In this document: in pieces, positions 25,425 through 38,214 of the stretch
Layout of the letters: every line of letters begins with the position of its first letter
Position numbering within the stretch: the stretch's first letter is position 1
NCBI RefSeq assembly: GCF_009834535.1
Contig: NC_045698.1
Coordinates: 13,580,001 to 13,644,000, forward strand
Length of the DNA stretch: 64,000 nucleotides
DNA from: Camelus ferus
Lineage: Eukaryota
Direction of reading: 5' to 3'
The notes under the pieces: model-generated
What the model saw: the letters and a program-made list of their open reading frames with translations, nothing else
Databases searched by the model: none
What the model was told of the DNA's origin: nothing
Position numbers and translations under genes: made by a program

Positions 25425-25578
25425 CTATATATGTACATATATGCATATATGTATATATATGTGTATGTGTGAATACACACATATATGTAGTACCTATGTA
25501 TGACTATATATCCATAATGTAACATTTATATATTATATATTAAATATATATGGTGTGTGTATATGTGTATCTATGTAT
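25425..25578. repeat. (TA/TG) low-complexity tract
   Basis: tatatatgtacatatatgcatatatgtatatatatgtgtatgtgtg... This tract generates the spurious ORFs 25183-25503 and 25322-25522. Confidence 0.85.
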
Positions 25579-26949
25579 TAGATCAAAAATAAAACTAATT
25601 TTAAGTGGTAACTGAGCTCTTAGAAAGAGAGTTGAAGCTGGAGGATCATTAGTGAGAATGTTGGATCTGGTCTAAAGTTTTTCTGTTTTATACGTTGAAT
25701 GTCATATTTTACCAAATATGAAAGCATCATTATAACTTGCGCCAATTTTTCTTATACCTCTAATGAAGAAAACATATTAACAATTAAATTATGACATGTT
25801 ATTCCTTCAGTTATCTTCCCAGCCCATCATTAGTGTCAACTACATTGATATAAAAGATCTTGCAACTTTTATATCCTCAGTGGCATTTCACATCATATGC
25901 TGAGCAATCCTTTTGTAACCCAGCTTCATTCAAATGTTTGTATTTTCCATTCTTAGGTTCCACAAAACACTCAATTCATACTTTGCAAGGAAATAAGATT
26001 CTAAGACACTTCCCCATTTCAAAAATGTTCAAAAGGGAAAAAATATTTATGCACTGATCAAATGTGGTGTGTTGATAAAACAGAATGATTACAAGGATTT
26101 TTTTCCCTGTATGTCTCTTGAAAATGTTCCAACTACTTTAGCAAATAATTCTGTCTAGATCCATAATTTAATTTTTCTCCATTATTTATAAATTATATGA
26201 CCCATATTTATTCAGAATTCAAGTTCCTTGAAAAGTCAAGGTTCCCAAAGAATCTGAGAGCCTATGTTTAAAAGAGAAACAAAATATCCTTCTGGGACTG
26301 TGACAAACTGAGATCTAGGGTTATTATCACTTTTAATGGTTCCTTCAGTTAGATACTAAGTTGAAACAAAAGTACCCAAAAGGGAAAATGGTATATCTGT
26401 TTTTAGTACATACCTATTATCCTTTGACAGTAACACATTTTGAAATAGGACCTTGGGAAAAAAACAATTGCCAAAAAAAGGCAGAAATGATCCCACTAGT
26501 CATTCCGATAACTTTCAAAAGATTGCATGTGAAAAGCAACTTCAGTTGCTATAGTTTGTACTGATTATTTAATTACTTAAAATAGGAAAGTCTGAACCAG
26601 TAATTCTTAAATGCAGCAAGTGTTAGCTTTTACAGTTATCTTTTTAAAAGCCTAACAAGAAAATAAGTACATTTTCAACTTTAAAATAGAGTATGCGTGT
26701 TCTATAATCTAATTAAGCAGCAATTCTCAACCTTTATTCCTTTGGAATTTGTAAGCTATTTGCATTTCCCAAAATACTCGAGAAACAGGAGGTTTAGGGC
26801 ACAAGGGGAGAAGAATGGATCCCCAGAGGATTTCCTACCCCAAGAAGGAATGGGGCTATTAAGGCAGAACCTAGACCTTAGCAAATACCTCATAATGTTT
26901 ACTCAATTCTCTGCTGATTAAAAATGTTTATTTTCTTATTTTTTCTATT

Positions 26950-27930
26950 ATACACAATCATCTTTGGGTACTTGTGGGTTTTTGTTTGTTTGTGTTTTGT
27001 TTTTCTTGCATTATTTCCAAAAGCGAAATTGCTACATCAATGAGAATTAACATTTTTAAAGGTTTTTATGTATATTATCAAATTTCTTTTCACAAAAGAT
27101 GAAACATTTTCTCATCATTTTGAAAGTGTGTTCCCATAGGTTTTATTATTATTTATTAGGATTCAGTGTAAGATGATATAATAAAAGGGTTTCAAACCAC
27201 CACAGATTAAATGAGGTTGAGTTTATTTTTGTCTCATATGAAAGGTGAGCAGACAGTCCAGGACTGATGGGTGATGCTTTTTTTCCAAAATTATGCCCCC
27301 CCCCTTGAAGTTTAAGGCACTGTTTCATTTCCTCCCATTTCCCATACATCAAGAAGAAAGAAAGAGGAAGTGAGCAGGAAAAATATAAACCTGTGAAATC
27401 ATGATCCAGAAACATCACTTTTGCTTACTTTTAATTGTCCATTGTCACACCCAGAAGTAAGGGGTGCAAATAATTTGGACTCCAGCTGTGTCCGTGTGCT
27501 GAGCTAAAACTCATAGGGCATGACCTTTAACACCTAATTCAAATGTTTACTTTTTCTCATATAGGTTTTAAATAGCTCTTCATTTATAAAAAAGTACTTA
27601 TCATGTATCTTTGGATTAATTATTTTATAATTTATCTTTTATGGGTTTGTTTATATATTCTTTCCATATCAAAAGTTTCTTCTGTTAATACTATAATTTA
27701 GTTGAATTGTATATGTATGTATGTATGTATTTAGTCTTTGGGTATGTCTTTAGAATTCATGCTTAGAAATTCCACATCTTCTTCAATGTTCTGAATATAT
27801 TCAATTATTTCTCTTTTAGAATTTCTGTGAGAAATCTTTGCATTTAAATATTTGGCTCATGGGGTTAGTTTTAAATAATTCAGATATATCTTTTTTTTTC
27901 TTTTAATAAACTTTTCCATTTGACCTAACA
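26950..27930 (-). mobile_element. Ancient L1ME fragment, interrupted by MLT1
   Basis: atttccaaaagcgaaattgctacatcaatgag...atattatcaaatttcttttc; tcatgcttagaaattcc. Confidence 0.55.
27152..27520 (-). mobile_element. MaLR LTR, MLT1J/K-like
   Basis: ttattaggattcag...gattaaatgaggttgagtttatttttgtctcatatg...cagtccagg; catcacttttgcttacttttaattgtcca...gtcacacccag. Confidence 0.7.
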
Positions 27931-27982
27931 CAATACAAAAAATGCTCATGCTGGTTAAAATCGAATAAACAGGTAGATCTCA

Positions 27983-28038
27983 GATAGATAGATACATACA
28001 TACATACATACATACATACATACATACATACATACATA
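27983..28038. repeat. Compound (GATA)n(CATA)n tetranucleotide microsatellite
   Basis: gatagatagatacatacatacata...cata seen directly. Confidence 0.95.
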
Positions 28039-28199
28039 ATATGTACATGAAAAGAAAGATTAGTTTTTAAAATCCATTGTTACAATCCAAAAAGTATGTT
28101 CTGTTGTAAAATAAGATTTGTTATTTTATACATTTTTAAGAATGTTAATTCATTAAAAATGATCACCGGTTGCTTGTGTTAACATTTTAAAAAATTTGT

Positions 28200-29900
28200 T
28201 CATTATGTATTAGGAACTACTGGAAGGAAAGATGAAAGAAAGAAAGAAAGAAAAAGAAAAAAAGAAAGAAAAACAAAATCACAGACAAAAGAAAGAAAAC
28301 CTACATAAAAGATAAACAGTGCAGACATACAAAAAAGAAGGAAGCAAAATAAAATCAACAACATATAAAGTATCTACAGCGAGAGATAAAACAGATACAA
28401 AACATGTAAGAGATTAGTTAATAAGACATTAGAAAAGCAGAAAATAGATGATAAGTAGAGAAAAATAAACAAATTCTATTATGTTAGAAGAAATGAAAAA
28501 AAAAGGAGAGATGAAAACATTCAGACACATTTAAGGGCATATCTAAGGAAAATAAAATCAGGAAAAACAAGATGCAAACGGGAGCAAAGAACTACAAGCA
28601 AAAAAGAAAATTGAAAAATACAAATGGTAGGCAAAACATATTAATTGTAAACATATTTTGTATTTCTGAGAGACGGAATGGAAGAAATGAAACAAAAGCA
28701 TAACCCAAGATAAAATAGATGAGAATTTGCTAAAATCAAGAAGACATAAATCAACAAAATTACAACATACAACCCGGAAACTTTTGCTACTTAATAGGCA
28801 AAGTCATAACTAAATCTAAGTGACTATTAAAGAATAATAGTGACAAATCCTGCAGAAGAGAAATTACAAGGATTAAAATTCATAATTCATATATATTGCT
28901 AAATAGTCTACATAACTAAAAAAAAAAAACAGCTTCTAAAATAATAAATCAAACCCTGGATTCATAAAGAGAATTTCAAAAAGAACAACGGTAGATTACT
29001 TTAGTGCATTTTTTTCTCACGATATGATAATCATATAGACCAAGGGACAAGTCTATCAATGACCTAAATAACTTAATTGATGAGTCGTATTACATAACTT
29101 TATCCCACAGATATATGTGATATCTCCATAAAATTTGATGAATAAATATCCACACATACATTTCAAAATCCTCAAAATACTTCATTTTTGTGTCCCTGTG
29201 GACTACTGACAAAAATTTAACTGTAAATATACTGCAAGTAAATCTCAGCAAAAATGTATAAAATTAAATGTATTTATGTACATGTTTATATATGATTACA
29301 CTCTGATCCCAAATAAATTAACTTGAAATTAATAACAAAAAACAAATCATCTCACTTGTAAATCAATAAAACATGAATAAAATTCTCTTATAACTAATGC
29401 TAGAATAAATCAATAATCAAAACAAATACTTTTACAAATATAACACAGGTGTGAATATTATTCATTAAAGCCAACGGGATTTAGTTTAAACAATACTCAG
29501 GATAAAATTTACAGCATAACTTCTAATATTATTAAGAAAACAAAGAACAACAACTTTAAAAAATGAAACTAAGTATTAAAATAAAATATTAGAACCACAA
29601 AACAAAACTAAATGCAAAAGGGATTAAAAATAAAACCTCTAAGTTGATTAGAAAATACACTAAAGTATAGAACTAACCAAAAACAGATTCTTGATTTTTA
29701 GAAAAAGCCCACAAAATAAATCAGCAAAATTAAAAAGCATAATAGTATGCATTTTAAATTATTCAAAATAATAATGTGAATGAAACGACAATAATAGATC
29801 CAAAAGAAATTAAAGTAATTATATGGTAATAACTTTCTCAATCACATGCAAATAATTTTGGTCACCAGCACAGGTTGGTTAAAATTTTTTAAAGAGGTTG
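28200..29900 (+). mobile_element. Highly decayed L1 (ORF1/ORF2 remnants) with (GAAA)n
   Basis: Very A-rich. gagaatttgctaaaatcaagaagacataaatc (ORF1-type); aaatacttcattttt...ctgacaaaaatt, aacttgaaattaataac, atactcaggataaaatttacagca (ORF2-type). Confidence 0.65.
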
Positions 29901-30127
29901 AAAATAATAAACTCATAATAGTAACTGTTACTTAGGAATACTGCCTGGATACAGGCACATTGAATCTCACACAAAAGCAGCAGCCTGAGTCCCTTCAAGT
30001 CTGTGATGGAGAGTTCCCACACCTCCCAGGAAGGAAGGGTATTGTCTGTATTTGCAAGAGTAGAGCATGATCTAGCTTCACCGTTTTTAACTCTGGAGGA
30101 GGTCTAAAGTTGAAACAAATCACTTAC

Positions 30128-30234
30128 CATAGAATAAGTATAAAATAACTTGAAAATTGAAAGCAGAGTGGGTAGAGTAACAGCTGGCAGCTGCGTAACA
30201 GCCAAAATTCAAAGAGATTTTAAAACTTAGAAAC
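30128..30234 (-). other. Candidate spliced exon (107 nt), host transcript unknown
   Basis: Minus strand: acceptor gacatttttcacAG|G and donor TATG|GTAAGT, in apparently unique sequence. One open frame (FLSFKISLNFGCYAAASCYSTHSAFNFQVILYLFY), which I do not recognise. Confidence 0.3.
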
Positions 30235-30499
30235 CTGTGAAAAATGTCACAATATCTGTACAGTTTAAACTGTAGAAAGTAATCTGTACTATACGTTCAT
30301 AATCCATTTTGGATTGCTGTCTTTTTGACGTCTTAGCTTTAATAATAGAAATGATAATATCAATCGAAAATTGTAAACACAATAACGTTCAGAATCATTA
30401 CTAAGCAAATAAATAAAGTTATAAAAGTAGCTGTGTATAAATTTGTCAGAAATTTGGGTAAATTAATGTATATTCATAGATTTCTCTAGTTCTCCAGAT

Positions 30500-30713
30500 C
30501 AGAGATCAGAAACTGTTTGCTTTAAGGAACAAAACAGTAAATAGTTTCCATTTTGTGTGCCATATGGTCTGTTGCAGCTACTTGATTTTGCATGAGAGCA
30601 GCCATATAAAATTAACAACAAACAAACAAGCGAGCATGGCTGTGTTTCCATAAACTTTATTTACAGAAGCAGTGAGTTGGATAAGGCTCCTATCTACAGG
30701 TTCCTGAACTCCA
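30500..30713 (+). mobile_element. MER58A hAT-Charlie MITE
   Basis: cagagatcagaaact...agtaaatagttt...gccatatggtctgttgcagctact...gagcatggctgtgtttccataaactttatttacagaagcag. Flanks ctccagat / gtctaaat fit a degenerate NTCTAGAN target. Confidence 0.85.
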
Positions 30714-30889
30714 GTCTAAATCATCTATACAAGCTTGTAGGAAGAAAAAAGTTTGATTAAAAAAAAAAAGAACGAGAATTCATAAAACTTATAAAATTGG
30801 CTAAAATTTTTTCAATGACATTGTTGGTTTCTTTACCTGTACTTTAATTCTCAATAACATTTCAAAATGTATATTACAAGATGGAGAAC

Positions 30890-31015
30890 ATGCCATTCTA
30901 TTTTTATTTTCATTTTACAAATAAAGATTCTTACGGGATATAGCAATTTTCTCAAGGTCACAGGGCTGTAAATGATTGATTTATATTTGAAATCAGATGA
31001 TTTGACACCACTTAG
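30890..31015 (-). mobile_element. MIR SINE fragment
   Basis: tcattttacaaataaag...gcaattttctcaaggtcacagggctgtaaatg. Confidence 0.7.
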
Positions 31016-32629
31016 CAGGTAAACAGTGTTAAATAATTAAAACCATTGGGTACAATCCTAATTAATCTATGCAGGACAGTTTCAGAAGTGAAAAGGTGAC
31101 ACTGAATTTCACTTCAAAATATATATCATCATTTAAGTGCAAATTTTTATTAAAACAAAATTATTCATGCTAAAATAGTGACTTGATAAAAATATTTAAG
31201 AGGAAGTTCATTTTCCCAATGAATAGTTAGATGTTAGAAAAAAAAAAAAGATGATCTTTTCATGTTTGATAAACTCCTTTAGGATTTTAGGACTTAGGAA
31301 AGATCAAATATTAGGAGCCTGCCATTGACATAATTTGGAGTTTGCACAGCTTTTCTCTCTCAAGAAATATATTCATGAATGTGTATGAAATAATTGAATT
31401 TACTAATGATTATTGAAAAAGGAAGAAGCAATTTTCAATGAAAAAAAAGATAAATATTCTCTTTATTTGCCCCATAATGCAATTTTAGTCTCTGCACATG
31501 GAACAAGGTTGATTGTTCCTGAGTACAACTTCCCTTACAGCTCTAATATGTTATTAAATATTTATAAACTTTAACAATATTAACTATTATTGCTCACCTT
31601 TCTTTAGGCTGGCATAATTAATGCCTACATTCTATTTTCACTTACAATTTATGTATTAAATACCGTTTGATGATGCTCAATTAGCGTTTGTGTTTTAAAA
31701 TTGTGCTATATATAACTTAATTAAGTAGGAGTTCAAGAAGTCAGTAGTTTTATTATCTCAAAGGGAAATCAGCATAATATGATTTGCAAGGAGTAAAAGG
31801 ATGAGGGCAAATCTCTGATTTAGGCCAGAAAATACTTGTGATGCTGAAAATAAAATAACTTCATGTTTGAAGTAGTTCTTAAAGATTTTCTATTCTAATG
31901 ACTCCACTGATGATTGGGTACTTTCAAAATAGTTTGCCTAACGAACATTCAGGCTACCCTAGCATACAACTAGTACAATAAAACCATTTCCTTACGATGT
32001 CATGTCACCTTCAGAAAACTCTCATCATTAGGTAACGGTCCTTATTTTGAGCTGTATTTGTCTTCTAAAATGTTTTTAACTTGTTGCCATGTCTATTGGA
32101 TTGGCTCACATGAAATATTTACTCTTTATATTTTCAGATATTACTTTAATGAGCCCCTAAATTGTGGTTTCTTGTCATTAATTTGGGGGCTCTTTAGCTG
32201 TCCCTGACATGCCAAGTATATTTCCCTTAGAAACACTACAGTTTGTTTTTAATTAACCTTTCAAAATAAGTGACCTCTGGCCAATTGAGCACAATATTTT
32301 CAATAGAGCCAAAGGAACACATATTATTTCTCATCTCCCTCAAAAGCTTGCAGAAACTAATTACCTTTCGAATTTTTTAAGCTTTTCTTCCCTGACTTTT
32401 AAAATAAATATTGGCATTAATGGGCATGGGGAATTTAAAAAATGTTTAAAAATTTCAACAGCAGCCCCCATTTTTGTTAATTAAAAAAAAATAATTTCTG
32501 GTACCTGCTTCAATATAAGATCTCGTGAAAACAGTGTTGCTAATCACTGATTTGACTGGTTAAAGTCCTGGTAAATGGCACTGAACCTCCAGCTACTAAT
32601 GCTTGAGGAACGACATTGATGTTTGTGTT

Positions 32630-33930
32630 TTATGTGTCATGAAAAGGTAAGACTGGAGAAGAGGTGAGAAACCTAGCAGGGAGCTGTACTGTGTATGACC
32701 TATGATGCCTTGATTAAGATTTTGGTCTCAACTATATTCAATATCTTGTAGTAACATTTATAGAGAAAGAATATGAATACAAATATGCATATGTACATGC
32801 ATGACTAGGACATTGTGCTGTGCCCCAGAAATTGATGTATTGTAACTGACTATACTCCAATAAAAAAAAGAGAGATTATAGAAAGTATGCATAGAGCAAC
32901 TGATTTATAAATCAATAAATTTGTGGTGTTGGAAACAAAAAATATTTTGGCCTCTACTAGAGTAAAATGGGAAGTCATCAAAGAATTTCAAGCAAATGAA
33001 TGACACATGATTTTAAAAACTCAATTTGGCAATTAAGCATGTCCAGAGTGGAAGCCAGAGACCAATTAAACATGATTACAATGATCCAGATGACAGAATT
33101 CTGTCTCTTGAACGAGGGTGAAAGCAGTGGAGAAAATAAACACTTGATAGCTTTTAACGTTTGAGATGACAAAATTCATAAAGCATAAAAAACTTTTTAA
33201 AGGAGTTTAAAAAAAAGAATCTGAGAAATGGGGTAGTAAATATAATACGGAATTAATATGGTGTTCGTTCGGGACTTTTTGGTTAAAATGAGTTATTTGT
33301 GTAACGTGGATGTACATAGATGATGATGATCAGTAGAGAAGGCTAGTAATGCTGTAAAAAAGAAGCAGAGCAATTTCTGGAGTGATGACCACGGGAAGAA
33401 AATGAAGAGCCTACCAGATGCTGGGAACCATTCTGGGTAGGGAAACCATAGCAGTGAAAAGACAACATCCCCAGTTCCCTATAGCTCACATTTTCATGGG
33501 ATGATAAGGTGGAGATAAAGTTCAATAAAAATAAACTACTCAACTTTATAAATATAAATTATATTATATTGGTTTAAAGTGCTATAAAATGCAGAGGAAG
33601 TACTTTAAAATGATATAAGGTTCCTAACTTATTTAAGGTCCTCAGAAAGATAGAAGAGGAGATAGGATCCAACCCAGTGGACAAGTGGGGGTGTCTTTAC
33701 GTAGGGTATGGATAGTCCACGCGCAGTGACGGGAGAAAAGACAGCACGAAGGTCAAGACACAAGTGGGCTAGCGGCCTCAACGGTTGGAGTGCTACCATT
33801 TTCTTCTAATTTCTCCTGTTATTTCAATTAACTAAGGATCAGGATTAAAAAGAGTTTGAAGTGTAAAACCCTTACAAGTGGAGAAGGTCACAAATCCATC
33901 AAGAATGGGTTAAACCTTGGGAAGAAATTC
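32630..33930 (-). mobile_element. L2 LINE fragments (host of the L1 at 32731)
   Basis: aatgggaagtcatcaaagaatttcaagca...tgacacatgatt; ggaagccagagaccaatta...acaatgatccagatgacaga; aaagacaacatccccagttccctatagctcacatttt. Confidence 0.7.
32731..32869 (+). mobile_element. Short lineage-type L1 3' end
   Basis: actatattcaatatcttgtagtaac...gaaagaatatgaa...tgctgtgccccagaaattga...tgtaactgactatactccaataaaaaaaa. Homologous to 53631-53773 and, in reverse, to 62372-62530. Confidence 0.85.
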
Positions 33931-33949
33931 TGAGCCCTAGGTAGAAGAA

Positions 33950-36055
33950 CAAATTTGTTCTTTTTAAAAACTGTTCTGACTACTCTAGGCTTTTGAATTA
34001 TGCATGAAATTTATAATCCTCTTTCAATTTCTATATATACACACAGGGTGTTGGGATTTTTAACAGGATTATATTGATTCTATAGATTAATCTAGGGAGA
34101 ATTAATATTCTCTTCTAAGTCATTCACATGGGTCTCTCCATTTATTTAAGCTTTTAATGACTCACCAGTTTTTATAGTTTTCATTGTACAATGCTTGTGC
34201 TTTGGTAAATTTATTCATATTTTATTCTTTTTGATGCCATTGTGAATGTAATTTTTCTTAATTACATTTTTAGATTGTTTAAAGCTAGTATGTAGACATT
34301 AAACTGGGGGATTTTTTTGTGTGTGTATTAAGCTTTTATCTCTTGATCATGTAAAATTTATAAGTTTTGTATTTTCCTTAGAATTTTTGATATAGTTGCT
34401 CATAGATGTCCAGCTCATATCATGTCCTCTGTGAAAAAATGAGAGTTTTACTTCGCCCCTGCAATCTGGGTGGGTTTTCTTTCTATTGATTGCCTTATTT
34501 CACAGGATGGGATTTCTGTCCAAGGCTGAAGTGGAAGGATTGATGACCTTAGTTTTTCTGCCAGCATTCAAGAATTACTGTTGAGTAGGGTCTTAGGTGC
34601 TGCATTTTGTTGATTCCATTTATTGGGCAAAATGTTTTCCCTAAGAGTTACCGTTCTTCATGTGCTAAGATGACCATCTGCTTTTTTATAATATGGATAA
34701 TGTTATATAGATTATGCTAAAATGATTAACTACAGTGCTTGATTTTCAATTGACAAATCAGCTTTGCATTCACTATTTGAAACTTCATATGGTCACAAAG
34801 CATCATCCTTTTTGTGTAGTGCTGCATTTTAGTTCCTAAAATTTTCTTAAGGAATTTTATGTCTATATCGATTAGGAATATTGGTCAGTTTCTTTTCTTC
34901 ATGAAGTCTGGTTTTAGGGTCGGTGCAAACTTGATATCAGAATGACTTGTAAAGCTTTTCTTCATTTTCTGACCAATTTGTATAAAGCTGTTCTTTTTCT
35001 TCCTTAAGGATTTTGTAGAATTCACCCGTGAATCCATCTGCAACTGAAGTTTTTATTGTTATAGTTGTTGTTACTCAAAATTTTAAATTATGAGTTCAAT
35101 GCATTGCTATAGGGTAACTCGTATTATCTATTTATTCTCAAATGAAATGTGGTAGTTTGTGTCTTTCAAGACTTTTTTTCATTGTATCTGTTTAAAAAAA
35201 ATATTGGCCTAAGATTGTTCATAATATATGTATTGTCTTTTTACAGTATGTAGGACATGAAGTTATATTGTTATCTCATTCTAGATATTGATAACTTTTT
35301 TCTCTTCTTTATTTTTATACTCAGCAGTATGGCTAGTGATCTATTAATTTTTATTGTTCTTTACAAAGAACAGCTGTTGGTTTCTTTGATTTTTCTCTAT
35401 TTTGTTTTTTGTTTAAAAGTTATTGATGTCTGCTACTATTTCTTTCCATCTGCGTTGTTTTAAAATATTCTTCCTTTTTCCAGTTTCTTAAGGTAGAAAC
35501 TTTGATACATGTCTTCTTTTCTAATCAAGCATTTAAGCTATAATTTCCCCCAAGCACTGTTTTAGCTGTGTTTCAGAAAATTGTAGACATTTTATTTTTT
35601 ATTTTTATATTAGTTCAAAACATATTTAATTTCCCTTGTAATTCACTCTTTGAAATCTGTGTATTTAGAAGTGCTTTGTTTAAATGCATATTTGTTGATT
35701 CCCCAGATACTTTTCTGTTAATAATCTCTAATTTATAATCCATCTTCTAAGAATATACCTTTTAATAATTTCAGTTTTAAAAAAAATTACTGAGAATTGT
35801 TTTATGGCCCATAATATGGTGCACCCTGTTAAATGTTTTGTGAATATTTATAGCAAAATTTGTATTCTGCTCTTCTCAGGCAAAATGTTGAGGAAGTCCA
35901 TTGTGGTATCCAAGCTGATAGGGTTCAAGTTCTCTATACTCTTGCTCCTTATCTGTCACTTCGTAATATCAGCTACTCAGAATGAGATATTGAAATTTCC
36001 AACTATAATTATGCATCTCTTTCCTTTTTAAGTTTTAGCACTTTGCTTCATACTG
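33950..36055 (-). mobile_element. Old L1 (L1M4/L1ME-like) ORF2 fragment, ~2.1 kb
   Basis: gggatttttaacaggattatattgattctatagattaatctagggagaatt; ttttgtagaattcacccgtgaatccatctg; ttttatggcccataatatggt; tattgaaatttccaactataattatg. Confidence 0.85.
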
Positions 36056-36859
36056 TGATGTGTGAAATGCGATTTTGTTAAGGATGCCTGACTCACATTT
36101 GCCTCTAAGTGACTGTACAGCTGTCTTGTGATAAAGGGACATTCAACATGCTTTCCCACTTTCTTTTCTTATAAACACTTTTCCCCAAAATACAATTACT
36201 GTTAGGTAAATATATTAATATTGGTTAATATTGTAATTATATTTACTCTACTACAGTTAAGCATATGGCTACCCCCTTAAAGGAAATAAACTATTAAAAT
36301 ACCCCAACTTTGTTATCAAATTTTGGAAAGTTTTAATAAGTTCTAGAATATATTGATAGAATGTTGCATAATTTATATAACCAATGATATAATGATGTAT
36401 GTAAAGTTGGGTCTAAACACTCAAAATAAATCTGAAAGGTCTACAAGCCAATGGAGAGCCAGGCGTGCCAGGAGCACCCAGGCCCATCAGTCAGTACACG
36501 GATCTGGCTAACCAGATCACAATGAGTACTGACTCCCACCATCTCTCCAAAGCACACCAAGCTTGTTGAAAAACACAGCATACCGACCAGAGGATGATTC
36601 CAACCTTGCTGAAGATCAGAGCAAAGACATCTGAAAGCAGAGATCGTTACGTGTGCTGGTGGGAGTAAGACTCAAATTCCTTGTGAGGATCCCTCAACAT
36701 ATACCATGTACATTTGACAGTTTTCCCCCCATTTCCTCACAGTTGCCACTTAACCTGAAAGCTGTTGTCATATGGAACAAAGCTTTTGTTTTAAAACGTT
36801 CATCACTTTTCTAAAAGGAAATGAAGTCTATATATGTCCAAATCTAAGTAGAAATTCTC

Positions 36860-37340
36860 ACTAGCAAACATTTCTTGCTGTAAAGGAATAACAAGGACTA
36901 GATTTGCCAACCGACATTAAACACCTAGAAAAACCACACGCACGCGCACACACACACACATCAGGTGCTTTCAGACTTGAAATAACAAGTAGCAAAGATA
37001 ACAATTCCTCGGGGGAGAAAAAAACATGGGATGGACTCTAGCTGTGCCTAGTTCACTGCCTGAAAACTTTCCAGGATGCAGCAGATGCAGAGAAATATTC
37101 TCAGTAAGACCAGACACTATTGATGAGTTCAGGAGATAGAGTTTGGAGATCAGAGAGGTCAAAGCAATTAGAATATGTGGGACAGATTACTGAAGAAGTG
37201 GAAATCAGAGAGAGAGAGAGAGAAACAGAGAGACAGAGAGACTGAGAAACAAGAGAGCAAGAAATCTGCAGAGAGAGTCCCTTGTGTCTTTAGCAATGGA
37301 CTCAAGGTCAGTGGCAGAAGAAAGGAAGGAGCCTAAGTTA
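36860..37340 (+). mobile_element. L1M (MC/ME-type) 5' end fragment containing (CA)n and (GA)n
   Basis: aggaataacaaggactagatttgcc...tttcagacttgaaataacaag; ctagctgtgcctagttcactgcctgaaaactttccagg; gatgagttcaggagatagagtttggag. Confidence 0.55.
36936..36960. repeat. (CA)n microsatellite with CG interruptions
   Basis: cacacgcacgcgcacacacacacaca. Confidence 0.9.
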
Positions 37341-38214
37341 GATAATACTTTCTTCCTAGTTACACAGTGCAAGAGGATACCATTAATCAGAATAATAAAT
37401 CAATAATGGAAGGAGAGGGATTCCAAGAGAGGAGGATGAGTTAAGCCATGGCTACACCACCAAAGTATCTGAAAATTGTATAGAACATGTAGGTTAAAGA
37501 GAGTATAGAAACCAGGAAAGAGATCTGACTTAGAAAACATGATCATGACTCTTCGGAAGTGGATAAGGACTTCAAGGGGCATCAAATTAGAGTGAGAAGA
37601 AAGAAACAAGGCAACAAACATGGCCATGAATAGGACACTCTGATTACATCTATAAAGCAAACACCAGCTTTGAAATGTTTTAAACATTTCTTCTTGATTT
37701 GTAGAATACCACTTTCTTAAGAAGAGGGAAAAAAAGACACAGTTTTCTTAAACGAAGTTTTTCTTCAAAGCAATATATATATATATTCATCTTAAATAAA
37801 TCTATAAACTGAGTAATGTAAACTCATGATAAATTTCCCTGTATTAAACAGGCCATTCAGTATTTCTCTTTGATGTACTTTATAGTGCATTTCCCTTACT
37901 AGGTCTTGCGTTAAATTTCACTTTACAAAATTATTTTTGCATGTACATGAGAGGTGCCAGTTGTATGACTTTGTCTAAGCCACTCTCCTACTCATAGACA
38001 CAGCCAGCACATCATCACAACCGATTAAGTTCTCATTTTTAACATGTGTCCAACACTGGTAAACAGCGAGCCTGAAGTGAACCAGGGGGATGCTGACTTC
38101 TCACAAGAGACTCACCTTCAGAAGCAAAATATATGAGATTTTTTTTTTTTAGGACAATGTCTGCCCATTTTGAGGCAATGCTAATTTACTTTTTAATTTT
38201 AAGATAAACGAATA

